From Alphaproteobacteria bacterium (GTDB taxonomy: Bacteria > Pseudomonadota > Alphaproteobacteria > UBA8366), in the NCBI GenBank assembly GCA_965228425.1, contig OZ245815.1, positions 2,149,857 to 2,213,856 of the forward strand: 64,000 nucleotides of DNA. Reading direction: 5' to 3'. The notes under the pieces are model-generated. The model was not told the origin of the DNA. It did no database searches and saw only the letters and a list, made by a program, of their open reading frames with translations. The first letter of the stretch is position 1. The number at the start of each line of letters is the position of its first letter. Below, one piece after another: positions 39,461 through 48,990 of the stretch. The position numbers were made by a program, and so were the translations under genes.

Positions 39461-40324
39461 ATGGAACCGACGACGGTCATCGATATCAGCAGCGAAATGG
39501 CGGAAGGGTTCGTTCTGCCGCCGGGCGGCATTCCGGTCGACGTTCTATCCGGGCTGTCGCTGCCGGACACGGGCCTCCGCCTCCACCCCCGCCAGACCGG
39601 CCCGCGCTTCGATGACGCGGTGTTGCCGTATATCAGCTCCGTGCATCTATCCTGCGGCCTGCATTCGGGCGATCCGGTGTTGCTGCACCGGTTGTTGCCG
39701 CAGCTTGTGGAGCGCGGGATCCAGATCGGCGCGCATCCGTCCTATCCCGACGTCTTCAACTTCGGGCAGGCGCGCGTCGACCTTTCGCATGACGAACTGG
39801 TGGCCGTGCTGCTGTATCAATTCGGCGCGCTGCAGGGCGTGTTGCGGCAAGTCGACAGGTCGATCCGGCACGTTAAATGCCACGGGGCGCTGTCCTTCGA
39901 CGTGGCGTATGAGCGATGGGCCTGCGATGCGATGGCGGAGGCAATTCGGCTGTTCGACCCGTCGATGGTGTTGGTCGTGATGGCCGGATCACCGAGCGTG
40001 GGGTGGGCCCGGAACGCCGGCATCAAGGTGATCGAAGAGGGGTTCCTGGATCGCCGCTATGGTCCGGAGGGACGATTGGTATCGCGGCACGACCCCCGTG
40101 CATTGCACGAACGCCCCGAAGACGCCGCCAATCAGCTGATTGATTTCGTCAAACATGGCCGGGTGACCGCGGTCGACGGAACGCATGTCGCGCTTCGCCC
40201 GCGGACATTTTGCTTGCACAGCGATACCCCGGCCGCCGGCGCTTTCGCCGCCGCGATCCGTGATGCCGTCGAGCGGGAAGGCCTGACGATTCGGCCGTTA
40301 TCGGACTTGATCTCCGAAGATTAG
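39461..40324 (+). CDS. LamB/YcsF (PxpA-like) family protein
   Basis: SCGLHSGDP, IGAHPSYPD, HVKCHGAL, EGFLDRRY and CLHSDTP. Confidence 0.85.
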   Translation: MEPTTVIDISSEMAEGFVLPPGGIPVDVLSGLSLPDTGLRLHPRQTGPRFDDAVLPYISSVHLSCGLHSGDPVLLHRLLPQLVERGIQIGAHPSYPDVFNFGQARVDLSHDELVAVLLYQFGALQGVLRQVDRSIRHVKCHGALSFDVAYERWACDAMAEAIRLFDPSMVLVVMAGSPSVGWARNAGIKVIEEGFLDRRYGPEGRLVSRHDPRALHERPEDAANQLIDFVKHGRVTAVDGTHVALRPRTFCLHSDTPAAGAFAAAIRDAVEREGLTIRPLSDLISED

Positions 40325-40700
40325 CTGTTGTTCCGCCGTCGGCGTAAACGTGACAGCAAAGCTGGGTTGTTCGATAGGCGGGTCTCGCCGGAATCGGCGC
40401 GGTGTTCCGGGAACACCTCTCGCCTGCGGAGGAACTCGGACCGGACCGAGTCGGTCGATTGCTGGCGTATGGGGCGGAGCGGCGGGCGCCGGTGCCTGGT
40501 TTTCGATTGTCCCGACGCGGCCTGGACGCGCTGTACGACCCCCGCCACGTCAATGATTTCGCGTATCTCTGAATTGTCATGGCGATTGGACCGAACTTCC
40601 GCTGAAACCGGCTTGCCGTCCTCGTGACGACCTGTAACTCTAATTGGAGAAACAGGACGCGGAACAATCCGCGACGAGACCGGCGTTGGGGGAGGGGTTC

Positions 40701-41399
40701 ATGGCAGAGACCATCGATCTGGCGATCGGCAATGCGCAAACCACGGCATTGACGGCTCTACCGGCGGGAGGCGGTCCCGTTCCGGGCGTTGTCATCACAT
40801 TCCATCGTGGCGGCCTCGATGAATTCACCGCCTGGCTCGCCGACGATTTGGCCGCGAACGGATACGCCGCGATCGCGCCGAACCATTACCATGTCCTACC
40901 CGAAGGGGTCAGTGTCGACGACCGACGCGACTATCTCACCGACGAGCAGATGGCCTTCGATATCGAGACATCCGCGGACTGGCTCGCGGACCAGGATCGG
41001 GTGGACGAGACCCGTCTCGCCCTGATCGGCCATTGCATGGGTGGGCGCACGACCCTCGTCGGGCTGGCCGCTTTTCCCGAGCGTTGGCGTTGCGGCTGCG
41101 ATTGGTACGGCGGGCGGATTTTCAGCACAATGGGCAATGTTCCGTCTCCGGCGGACCGGATCGGCGATATCGCCTGCCCGGTTGCGGGATTCTTCGGCAA
41201 CGACGACGCGGATCCGTCGCCCGATGACGTGGATAGGCTAGATGCGCTTCTGACCGGGCACGGGATCGAACATGAGTTTCACCGCTATGACGATGCCGGG
41301 CATGCGTTCATGAACTTCACGTCGGACAATCACCGAGAGGCGGCCGCGCGAGACTCGTGGGCGAAGGCGCTGGGCTATCTGGGGCGCCACTTGAAATAG
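40701..41399 (+). CDS. Dienelactone hydrolase family protein
   Basis: GHCMGG nucleophile, GNDD and AGHAF. Confidence 0.9.
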   Translation: MAETIDLAIGNAQTTALTALPAGGGPVPGVVITFHRGGLDEFTAWLADDLAANGYAAIAPNHYHVLPEGVSVDDRRDYLTDEQMAFDIETSADWLADQDRVDETRLALIGHCMGGRTTLVGLAAFPERWRCGCDWYGGRIFSTMGNVPSPADRIGDIACPVAGFFGNDDADPSPDDVDRLDALLTGHGIEHEFHRYDDAGHAFMNFTSDNHREAAARDSWAKALGYLGRHLK

Positions 41400-41421
41400 G
41401 GACGAAAGGACCGGCTAGGCC

Positions 41422-42453
41422 GTGCAGTTCACGCTTTTCATCAACCCCGAACATCCGCCGGGCGACGCGTTCGATCGACGTTTCGAGGAACACCGCGAAC
41501 AGGTAAAGGTGGCGCGACAAGTCGGTTTCGACGGGGTCGCGGTCGGGCATCACCTGTCATACGGATCGGCGGCATGGTTCCCGCCGCTGGAAACGCTTAT
41601 GGGGCTTGCCGCCGAGGCCGAGGGCATGTCGCTGGCGACCTGTATGTTGGTGCTTCCGCTGTTCCATCCGCTGCATGTCGCCCAACAGGCGGCGCTGTTG
41701 GATATCATGTCCGGTGGCCGGTTGGTGCTGGGCGTCGCGCCCGGCTGGCAGGAGGATGAGTTCAACGTCGTCGGCGTGAACCACAAAACCCGGATCGGCC
41801 GGTTCGTCGAGTCGCTCACCATCGTGCAACGCCTGTTTGCGGAGGACGGCGTCACCGTCGACGGAAAGCACTTTCAGATCGAAGACCTGACGCTGGCGCT
41901 CAAACCGGTGCAACGGCCGCGGCCGCCGATGTGGTACGGCGGCAGCGTGACGCGCGCGGTGGAGCGGGTCGCCCGATTGGCCGATACCGGCCTCGGCGAT
42001 AGTTGGGTTGCGTCGTCGCACCTAACGGAGGATGTCATCACCGAGCAGGCGACGATATTCCGCGAGACCTTGGCCGAGCAGGGCAAGCCGATGCCGGAAA
42101 CTTTTCCGCTGCTGCGCAATGTGGTCGTGGCGCCGGATCGGCAGACGGCCTTGCGCGACGCGGGGCCGTTCCTGGAGGCGAGTTACAAGGTGTTTGGACA
42201 GTGGGGCCTCTTCACCGACGTTGTGGGCGCCGGAAAAGCGCAACTCGACTTGGAGGAATTGATCGCCGGCCGGGTGATCATCGGGTCGCCGGAGGAGTGC
42301 GCCGAAGAACTCGTGACGCTCGCCCGGAACACGGGGTTCTCGCGATTGATCGCCCGGGTGCAGTGGATGGGGATGGATCAGAATTTGGTGCTTCGAACCA
42401 TCGAACTGCTGGCCGATCGCGTGTTGCCGCTGATGCGAAAAGAGCTCAGTTAA
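41422..42453 (+). CDS. LLM-class flavin-dependent oxidoreductase
   Basis: GHHL, HPLHVAQQAALLDIMSGGRLVLG, PVQRPRPPMWYGG and IGSPEEC. Confidence 0.9.
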   Translation: MQFTLFINPEHPPGDAFDRRFEEHREQVKVARQVGFDGVAVGHHLSYGSAAWFPPLETLMGLAAEAEGMSLATCMLVLPLFHPLHVAQQAALLDIMSGGRLVLGVAPGWQEDEFNVVGVNHKTRIGRFVESLTIVQRLFAEDGVTVDGKHFQIEDLTLALKPVQRPRPPMWYGGSVTRAVERVARLADTGLGDSWVASSHLTEDVITEQATIFRETLAEQGKPMPETFPLLRNVVVAPDRQTALRDAGPFLEASYKVFGQWGLFTDVVGAGKAQLDLEELIAGRVIIGSPEECAEELVTLARNTGFSRLIARVQWMGMDQNLVLRTIELLADRVLPLMRKELS

Positions 42454-42504
42454 TCAAAAGCTTCCAATTCGTTGTTCCTGCGCTGTCGGCGGCCCGTTCG
42501 CTAA

Positions 42505-44475
42505 TCAATCCGGCTTTTCGAGTTTCGCTTCCTTGGCCGCATGGGACCCTTCGGGCGGATAGTCCAGGCGGTCCGCCATCTCTTCCTTTTGGTCCGGTGT
42601 GTAGTCGGGAAACGGCAGCGTATCGTCGTCGCGCCAGCGCTGTACCGCGGCGGCGGCGGCCTTGCCCCGCTCGGTGTCGAGACCGCCGTCGCGGGCCAGA
42701 TACGCGGTCTGCGACGGGAAGGCGAAGTCCGTGCCCGATTCCTTGATCGTGTCGATAATGCGCAGAAGGATGTCCTCGCGGATCGCCGAGAACTCGGGGA
42801 AGAGGCGGGTGTTGGCGAAGGCGAATATTTCGATATCGAGCGAATAGGCACCGAAGCCGACGAAGCGGACGCGCAGGGGCACGGGCAGCATCCGCGGGTG
42901 CGCGATCAGCAATTCCCGCACCTTGGCCAGGACATAACGCAACTGCTCCGGCGTGGTTTCGTAACGCAGGCCGATCGTCGTGCGCAACATCATGCGGTCC
43001 CGCATCGTGAAATTGATCAGGTTCATTTTGGCGAACTCGGCGTTCGGGACGGTGATCAACTTGCGGTCGATCGACCGGATGCGGGTCGACCGCAAGCCGA
43101 TATTCTCGACCCGGCCGCGCAGGCTGCCGAATTCGCAAAGATCGCCGACCCGGACAGGCCGGTCGCTGTACAGCATGATCCCGCCGATCAGATTCTCGAT
43201 CGTAGGCTGCGCGGCGAGAGCGAGAGCCAAACCGCCGACGCCGAGACCGGCGAGCAGGGGTATGACGGGAATGCCGAGACGTTCCGCCCCGAAAAACACC
43301 AACGTGATCGCCACCGCGCTGCTGAGAACCCGGAACAAGACCCGCAGCATATTGGCGTCGATACTGTTGGAATCGATCCGCGGCGTGGCAATGATCGATT
43401 CCGCGATCCCGATCCCCACGACCACCGCGAGCCAGGCGGACGTGAGATAGAACAGAGCCACCAACGTGAAGACGACCGCGTCGGCAACCTGACCGGTGAC
43501 GTTCACGACATCGATCGAAAGGTAACGGACAAGCAGCAGGCTCAGCATGATGACGGTGGGCAGGAGCAACCGTCGCCAGGCGCGTTTCTGCAAGGACTCC
43601 GGGACCGGCCATCGATTGCACAAGCCCTGGAAGGCGCAGGGCAGGAAGATGCCGATCACGACCGCGAGGGCGAGACCGATCCATTGCCACAGCGTGGGAC
43701 CGTGGAACGGCGTCCGGGCCCATTCCGGCAGGTCCCACAGCCAGTGAAGCCATTTCGGTGGAAGCAACTTGCCCGGCGTCGTGATGTAGAACTCGTAGAA
43801 GCCGTCGGTCGTTGTCGTTTGATAGGGCAGCTTCCGGATCTTGACGTAAAACTCGTCGACTCGCGCGACCGTATCGATGCTGAACAGGAACTCTCCGACG
43901 CGGGCGCCTTCGGCAACCTTTACGATGACGATTTCCGTCCCAGGGATGCGCCACTGCTCGATCTCGTTGGCCTTCGCCGTCGCCCTGTCGGGGATCGTTG
44001 CCAAATCCGGCAGCTTGATCCGATCCAACACTTCCTTCAGCAGTAGTACTTTCTCAAGGCCGATGTCCTGTATGGAGGTCGGCGGAATGTCGCTGAGGTC
44101 GAGGGTGCGGACGGCACGGGCCAACGCGTCTTCCGCTTGCTGGACCTGCTTTTCGACCGCTTCCGTCGCGAATAGACCCGGCTCCGTCATATGCGTGAAT
44201 TGCGCGGATTGAAGAATGGTGAAGGCTTCCGTGACGCTTTCGAGGAATGTCTTCAGCGTTGCCTGCGGGCTGGTCGTGTCCGCTGGGCGCAGCGGGTTGG
44301 CGTCCGGGGCGGCGATCGCCGGCCCGGAAAGCCAAAGGAAGGCGCCGACAAGCAGCCAAGCGATTTTCACGAGAATCGACCCGTGTCGGCGCGGCACCCC
44401 ACGCCGCGGCAAAAAATTTGTGAAGGGGTGTGATTGGCCAAATCCGGCTCGCTTGGTCTTGATTGATATTGCCAT
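42505..44475 (-). CDS. Mechanosensitive ion channel (MscS family) with a large periplasmic N-terminal domain
   Basis: LAGLGVGGLALALAAQ, DRPVRVGD, VENIGLRSTRIR and FAFPSQT. The real start may be the GTG at 44370. Confidence 0.9.
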   Translation of the reverse strand: MAISIKTKRAGFGQSHPFTNFLPRRGVPRRHGSILVKIAWLLVGAFLWLSGPAIAAPDANPLRPADTTSPQATLKTFLESVTEAFTILQSAQFTHMTEPGLFATEAVEKQVQQAEDALARAVRTLDLSDIPPTSIQDIGLEKVLLLKEVLDRIKLPDLATIPDRATAKANEIEQWRIPGTEIVIVKVAEGARVGEFLFSIDTVARVDEFYVKIRKLPYQTTTTDGFYEFYITTPGKLLPPKWLHWLWDLPEWARTPFHGPTLWQWIGLALAVVIGIFLPCAFQGLCNRWPVPESLQKRAWRRLLLPTVIMLSLLLVRYLSIDVVNVTGQVADAVVFTLVALFYLTSAWLAVVVGIGIAESIIATPRIDSNSIDANMLRVLFRVLSSAVAITLVFFGAERLGIPVIPLLAGLGVGGLALALAAQPTIENLIGGIMLYSDRPVRVGDLCEFGSLRGRVENIGLRSTRIRSIDRKLITVPNAEFAKMNLINFTMRDRMMLRTTIGLRYETTPEQLRYVLAKVRELLIAHPRMLPVPLRVRFVGFGAYSLDIEIFAFANTRLFPEFSAIREDILLRIIDTIKESGTDFAFPSQTAYLARDGGLDTERGKAAAAAVQRWRDDDTLPFPDYTPDQKEEMADRLDYPPEGSHAAKEAKLEKPD

Positions 44476-44796
44476 CCGTTCGTGCCGACTCCTAGTGCAT
44501 GAACAACCGCGAAGGAAGGGTACAATGAGCAGCGATTTAACATGTTTCGATCGGCCGCGCCGATGTTTCAGTGCTTGTAACGCTCGAAAAACCCGGTTAC
44601 CGAACCATTATTACAGGCGGCGGCCGGCTTCACCTGCCAAAGTATCCTCACAACGTCGTGAGTGTTTTCTGTACAATTCCGCCCGGGTTGCCCGCTAGCC
44701 AGCATGGCCGGCGGCGATTGAGGATTGGCCGCTTCGGCACCGCCGGACTGTCGCCTCTACGATGACCCTAGGCGCTACGGAAGAGCGAACGGACCC

Positions 44797-45837
44797 ATGA
44801 AAATCGTTTTTATCTGCGATCCCGAAAAATACCCGCACGCCGACAACGACATTCCGGTTTGCTACAAGGCCGCGGCGCGCGATCCCAAGATCGATCTTTT
44901 CCACCTACCGGTCGCCAACGCAACCGGGGCCGATGAGGTCGAGGTCGTACCGGTCGAAACGGGTGAACTCTCGCATGAGGCATTCCTCAATCTGAATGCG
45001 GCGCCCCGGCGAACGATGCCGGTTACGGCGTTGGATGTGATGTTTTGCCGAACGTTGAAACCGTTTCCGGAAGGCCATCTTGATCGGCTTGGGCGATGGA
45101 TTGGGAAGACCAAATTTCTCAATAACCCGCTCAACAAGAAAATACAGATTTCAGCGGGTTTCCTAAGCGGCCTGGCGCCGGACTATACCCCCGAAACGAT
45201 CGTGACCGGGGACGCTTCCGAGCTCGACGCATATCTTGCGCGGCACGAGACCGTCGTAGCGAAAAGGCCGAACAGCACGAACGGTCTCGGCGTCTTCAAG
45301 ATTTGGCGCGACGGTGGCGATTACCGGACGGATCATGTGCATGAAGGTGTGCATGAATTCCCCAACGCGGGTGCATTGCTGGATTATGTACGCGGCGTCT
45401 GGGATGCCGTCGAACTCGTTCGGTTTCTGCCGCGGGTGACGGCCGGGGACAAGCGCGTGGTCGTGGTCGATGGTGAAATCTACGGGGCGTATATCCGGAA
45501 ATCCGCGAGCGGCCATTGGGTGCATAATGTGAGTTCGTCGGACAGCCTGTGCTATCCCGCCGAAGTCAGCGATTTCGAACGGAAAGCGGTGGCTGAAACG
45601 GTGCCGCTTTATCGCGACTACGGTTTCTACACACTTGGGTACGATTTTTTGATGAACGACGATGGCCGATGGCTTATCAGTGAAATCAATGTCGGCAATA
45701 TTGGCGGCATTGCGCGTCTCGAACAGCTAACAGGTAGCTCATTTATGGACCGGTTTCTGGGGTGGATGGTCAAGTTCGGTGAGCGGCCGGAAATCGATAC
45801 GACTGCTCTCGAGCTAAGGACAAGCAGCCTCCGTTGA
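44797..45837 (+). CDS. Glutathione synthetase-like ATP-grasp ligase
   Basis: FLNNP, TPET, VVAKRPNSTNGLGVFKI, GDKRVVVVDGE, GYDFL and ISEINVGN. Confidence 0.75.
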   Translation: MKIVFICDPEKYPHADNDIPVCYKAAARDPKIDLFHLPVANATGADEVEVVPVETGELSHEAFLNLNAAPRRTMPVTALDVMFCRTLKPFPEGHLDRLGRWIGKTKFLNNPLNKKIQISAGFLSGLAPDYTPETIVTGDASELDAYLARHETVVAKRPNSTNGLGVFKIWRDGGDYRTDHVHEGVHEFPNAGALLDYVRGVWDAVELVRFLPRVTAGDKRVVVVDGEIYGAYIRKSASGHWVHNVSSSDSLCYPAEVSDFERKAVAETVPLYRDYGFYTLGYDFLMNDDGRWLISEINVGNIGGIARLEQLTGSSFMDRFLGWMVKFGERPEIDTTALELRTSSLR

Positions 45838-45865
45838 GGTTGGCCTGTCCGGTTCGACACGTCTA

Positions 45866-46780
45866 ATGAAACAAATCGCCGTATTCTTTGAGTATCCGGG
45901 AGCGCTCGATTATCCATTCGATAGCGCCCGGTATCTCAACACTCACCGCGAACTCGCTGCCGAGATCGAGGCGCTTGGTTGTGAATACCGCATCGTCCGT
46001 CATTTGGACACCTATGAGGGGAAGGGCCGCTTCACTAAGAGCTGGCGGTTTCAAGATGGATGCGTCGTTGAAAACGGCCCGTTGCAAGCGGACGTCGTTT
46101 TTGACAAAGGGTGTTTCACGCCGGATGATTTCGATCCGGTTTTCAACTGCCGCGCGGTCAACCGCATCTGCACCGACAAGTGGGAGACCTATGGTTTCTT
46201 CGAGGCGCAATCGCCGTATTCCATTTTGGTGGAGTCGAAGACCGACCTTGCGGCGGCGCTGGCACGCATTCAGACGGACCTCAAGGTCATCAAGCCGGTA
46301 TCTGGATTGCAGGGCGAGGGCGTGCGGATCGAAGCCTCGGAAGACCTCATGGCGAACGGTATCGACATGCCCGTCATTGTTCAGGAATTTCTCGACAGCA
46401 GCGGTGGGATCCCGGGGATCGTCGACGGCGTTCATGATTTTCGCGTCACGTTGCTGAACGGCGAGGTGATCTGCGCCCTCGTACGGAAACCGCCGCCGGG
46501 GCAGCTCGTGGCGGCGATTGCCCGGGGGGCGACGATGTCGGTTGTCGAGCGGCCGTCCATCCCGAAGACTATGCTGGACATGGCGATGTTCATCGACCGA
46601 CGGTTCGAACGCTTCGGGCAGCGTCTCTACTCGGTCGATATGGCGATGACCCCGGACGGCCCCCGGCTGATCGAACTGAATTCCCGCGTGGCGCTTCGCG
46701 AGAACAAGACACATCCGGATTTCCGCCGGTTGAAAGAACTGCTGGCAGGTGTGCTGGTCGGCCTGGCTACCGCAGGATAG
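45866..46780 (+). CDS. RimK-like ATP-grasp ligase
   Basis: CTDKWETY, VIKPVSGLQGEGV, IVQEFLD, HDFRV, YSVD and LIELNSR. Confidence 0.8.
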   Translation: MKQIAVFFEYPGALDYPFDSARYLNTHRELAAEIEALGCEYRIVRHLDTYEGKGRFTKSWRFQDGCVVENGPLQADVVFDKGCFTPDDFDPVFNCRAVNRICTDKWETYGFFEAQSPYSILVESKTDLAAALARIQTDLKVIKPVSGLQGEGVRIEASEDLMANGIDMPVIVQEFLDSSGGIPGIVDGVHDFRVTLLNGEVICALVRKPPPGQLVAAIARGATMSVVERPSIPKTMLDMAMFIDRRFERFGQRLYSVDMAMTPDGPRLIELNSRVALRENKTHPDFRRLKELLAGVLVGLATAG

Positions 46781-47163
46781 ACCGAATAATTCAGCTGCTG
46801 GGGGTTATCGTGCCGGCGCTGCCGGATGACCGCCGCGTGCGTGAACCGCAATTGGATCACGCGGTAGGTTGCAATGGACCACTTTTTCATGCATAGGGCG
46901 TACCTCATGGCGATGAGCGCTATGGGACTCAAGTCTGACGGTGTGAATTTCGGTGTTGCGATGAGGTGTATGTTTTGAAATTATCAAATCATATGAAATT
47001 GTTATCGCCGAGATGCCTATTTGTGGAAAGTGGGCACACATACCGGAAGAGGTCCTTGAGCCGCTCATATTGAAATCCGGGATGAAGACAAGATGATCAA
47101 GCACGAATTGAATCGTGCAAATCGATAGTTCTTCAACTCAAAATGTTAGCAAAGGGAGAAACC

Positions 47164-48315
47164 ATGTCACGAATTCCAAAACTGACTGCCGCCATCCTCG
47201 GCGCGGCCATCATTGGCGTTACCGCCGGTGCAGCCGGCGCCGCGGATCCGGTAAAGCTTCGCTGGGCGTCCGATCATAACGGTCCGCCGCATCCGGCCGC
47301 GATTGCTGAGGTTCGCTTCGCCGAACAGGTGGAAAAGCGAATTCCGGGCAGTAAGGTCCAGATTTACTGGGCGAAATCGCTCTATACCGTCCCGCAAGGC
47401 CTGAAGGCTTTGACCCAGGGCAACTTGGAAGTTCTCACCGGCCAGTTCGGTAAGACCTCCAGCGTCGAGCCGCTGTCCAACGTGCTGTTGGGCGCCGGCA
47501 AATTGACGACGGTCGGTGCGATCGACGCGGTCGACAAGACCGAGACGTTCAAGGCGCTTGCCACGCATTTCAACAAGACCCATGACGTCACCATTATGGG
47601 CGCCGGGCATCTGAGCATGTATATGGGCGCGGGCGCCGTTAAGGGCCGCCTCGTTGGACCGGCGGACTTCGCCGGCAAGAAGATGCGCTCGATGGGTCCT
47701 GCCGAAAACGCGCTGCTGAGTGCGCTGGGCGCCAATCCGCAAGCCATGGCCTTTGGCGATGTCCCGCCGGCACTGCAGACCGGCGTCATCGACGGCCTTC
47801 TCACCTCGCTCGGCGGCTTTAATGCCACCAAGGAACAGGCTCCGTACTTCACGGTGGCCGGTCTTAACGGCATCGTCGGCGACTACTATTGGTTCGGCGT
47901 GTCGAACCGCTGGTGGCGGAAGCTTTCCAAGGAACAGCAGGAAATCCTGACGGACATCATCAAGAATGATTTCATTCCGTTCCAGCGCGTCATCAACTAC
48001 TGCAACGATCAGCGCACGTTGGCCAAGTTCGTCACCAAGGACAAGAAAGCGCCGGGAATCTATGTGTTGACGCCGGAAGAGGCCTCGGTGATTCAAAAAG
48101 CCGAAGCCGGCGCCACCAACAAGTGGATCAAGACCAAGGTGAACGACACGGGCGACAAGCTTGTCGACCAGTTCACCAAGGAAGCGGCGGCGTTGGTGAA
48201 GGCCAATCCTCCGGGATCGCATGCTCTCGAAAAGACGGACTGCACCAAATACGAGCCCTATTTCGCGAAATACGGCAAGGGCGCAGACCTGTATAAGGCG
48301 AAGAACCGTAAATAA
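47164..48315 (+). CDS. dctP: TRAP transporter substrate-binding protein DctP
   Basis: Signal peptide; DFAGKKMRS and LGANPQAMAFGDVPPALQTGVIDG. Confidence 0.9.
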   Translation: MSRIPKLTAAILGAAIIGVTAGAAGAADPVKLRWASDHNGPPHPAAIAEVRFAEQVEKRIPGSKVQIYWAKSLYTVPQGLKALTQGNLEVLTGQFGKTSSVEPLSNVLLGAGKLTTVGAIDAVDKTETFKALATHFNKTHDVTIMGAGHLSMYMGAGAVKGRLVGPADFAGKKMRSMGPAENALLSALGANPQAMAFGDVPPALQTGVIDGLLTSLGGFNATKEQAPYFTVAGLNGIVGDYYWFGVSNRWWRKLSKEQQEILTDIIKNDFIPFQRVINYCNDQRTLAKFVTKDKKAPGIYVLTPEEASVIQKAEAGATNKWIKTKVNDTGDKLVDQFTKEAAALVKANPPGSHALEKTDCTKYEPYFAKYGKGADLYKAKNRK

Positions 48316-48337
48316 TCGCCAATACGCGGACAACTCG

Positions 48338-48366
48338 AAGGGGCTGCTCTGGTGGCAGCCCCTTTT
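48338..48366 (+). terminator. Stem-loop after dctP (partial terminator or mRNA stabiliser)
   Basis: AAGGGGCTGC-TCTGGTG-GCAGCCCCTT followed by TT. Confidence 0.6.
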
Positions 48367-48402
48367 AGTTTCCGATATAAGCAGACGTCAGGGAGGTGAG
48401 AC

Positions 48403-48954
48403 ATGGATGCGTTCCTAAAATTCTCAAATGGCGTGAAGACCTTTGTCTATTCGGTATTGGGCTGGGTCGCATCGGCCTTGCTGTTGATCCTGACACTGTT
48501 TGGATTGCTGGAAATCGTGCGGCGCTACATTTTCGGCGTCGTTTTTGAATGGGGCCAAGACGCCATCATTGTCGGCATGATTGCGGCCGTCGCCTTGTAT
48601 ATCGGTGCCACCCAAACCCGACGCAGCCATCTGGTCATGAATGCCATTGTCCAGCTTTGCCATGCACAAGGATATTTCCGGATGGTGGGGATCATGCGGA
48701 TTATGGTTTCGGTGGTCGTTTGCGTGTTTTGCGGCTCGTTGAGCATTACCGGATGGCCGACGTTGAGTTACGCGATCGAACGGGACCTGTCGACCTACAG
48801 CCTCCTCATTCCACTGTGGCCGTTTTATCTGGTCTTGATGGTGGGCTTCGGCCTGATGTCCCTCATCGCCTTTCTGCAGACGATCGAGGACATCATTAGT
48901 TACAAACGTGGCGAGCATCTCGACAGCGAGATGGAATTAACCACGGATATATAA
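48403..48954 (+). CDS. dctQ: TRAP transporter small permease DctQ
   Basis: Four TM segments and RRYIFG; lies between dctP and dctM. Confidence 0.85.
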   Translation: MDAFLKFSNGVKTFVYSVLGWVASALLLILTLFGLLEIVRRYIFGVVFEWGQDAIIVGMIAAVALYIGATQTRRSHLVMNAIVQLCHAQGYFRMVGIMRIMVSVVVCVFCGSLSITGWPTLSYAIERDLSTYSLLIPLWPFYLVLMVGFGLMSLIAFLQTIEDIISYKRGEHLDSEMELTTDI

Positions 48955-48990
48955 CCGGCCAATCGCTGGATAAATCGGGGGGAGATTGTC

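Noticed and set aside
40321-40640. Small ORFs or an ncRNA between the PxpA-like gene and the dienelactone hydrolase
   Set aside because: All frames give Arg/Ser-rich, motif-free peptides, and I see no convincing RNA structure or terminator.
46805-47160. AT-rich stretch and 99-aa minus ORF suggesting a second island boundary
   Set aside because: No repeat, tRNA or mobility gene. Best explained as the TRAP operon promoter region.
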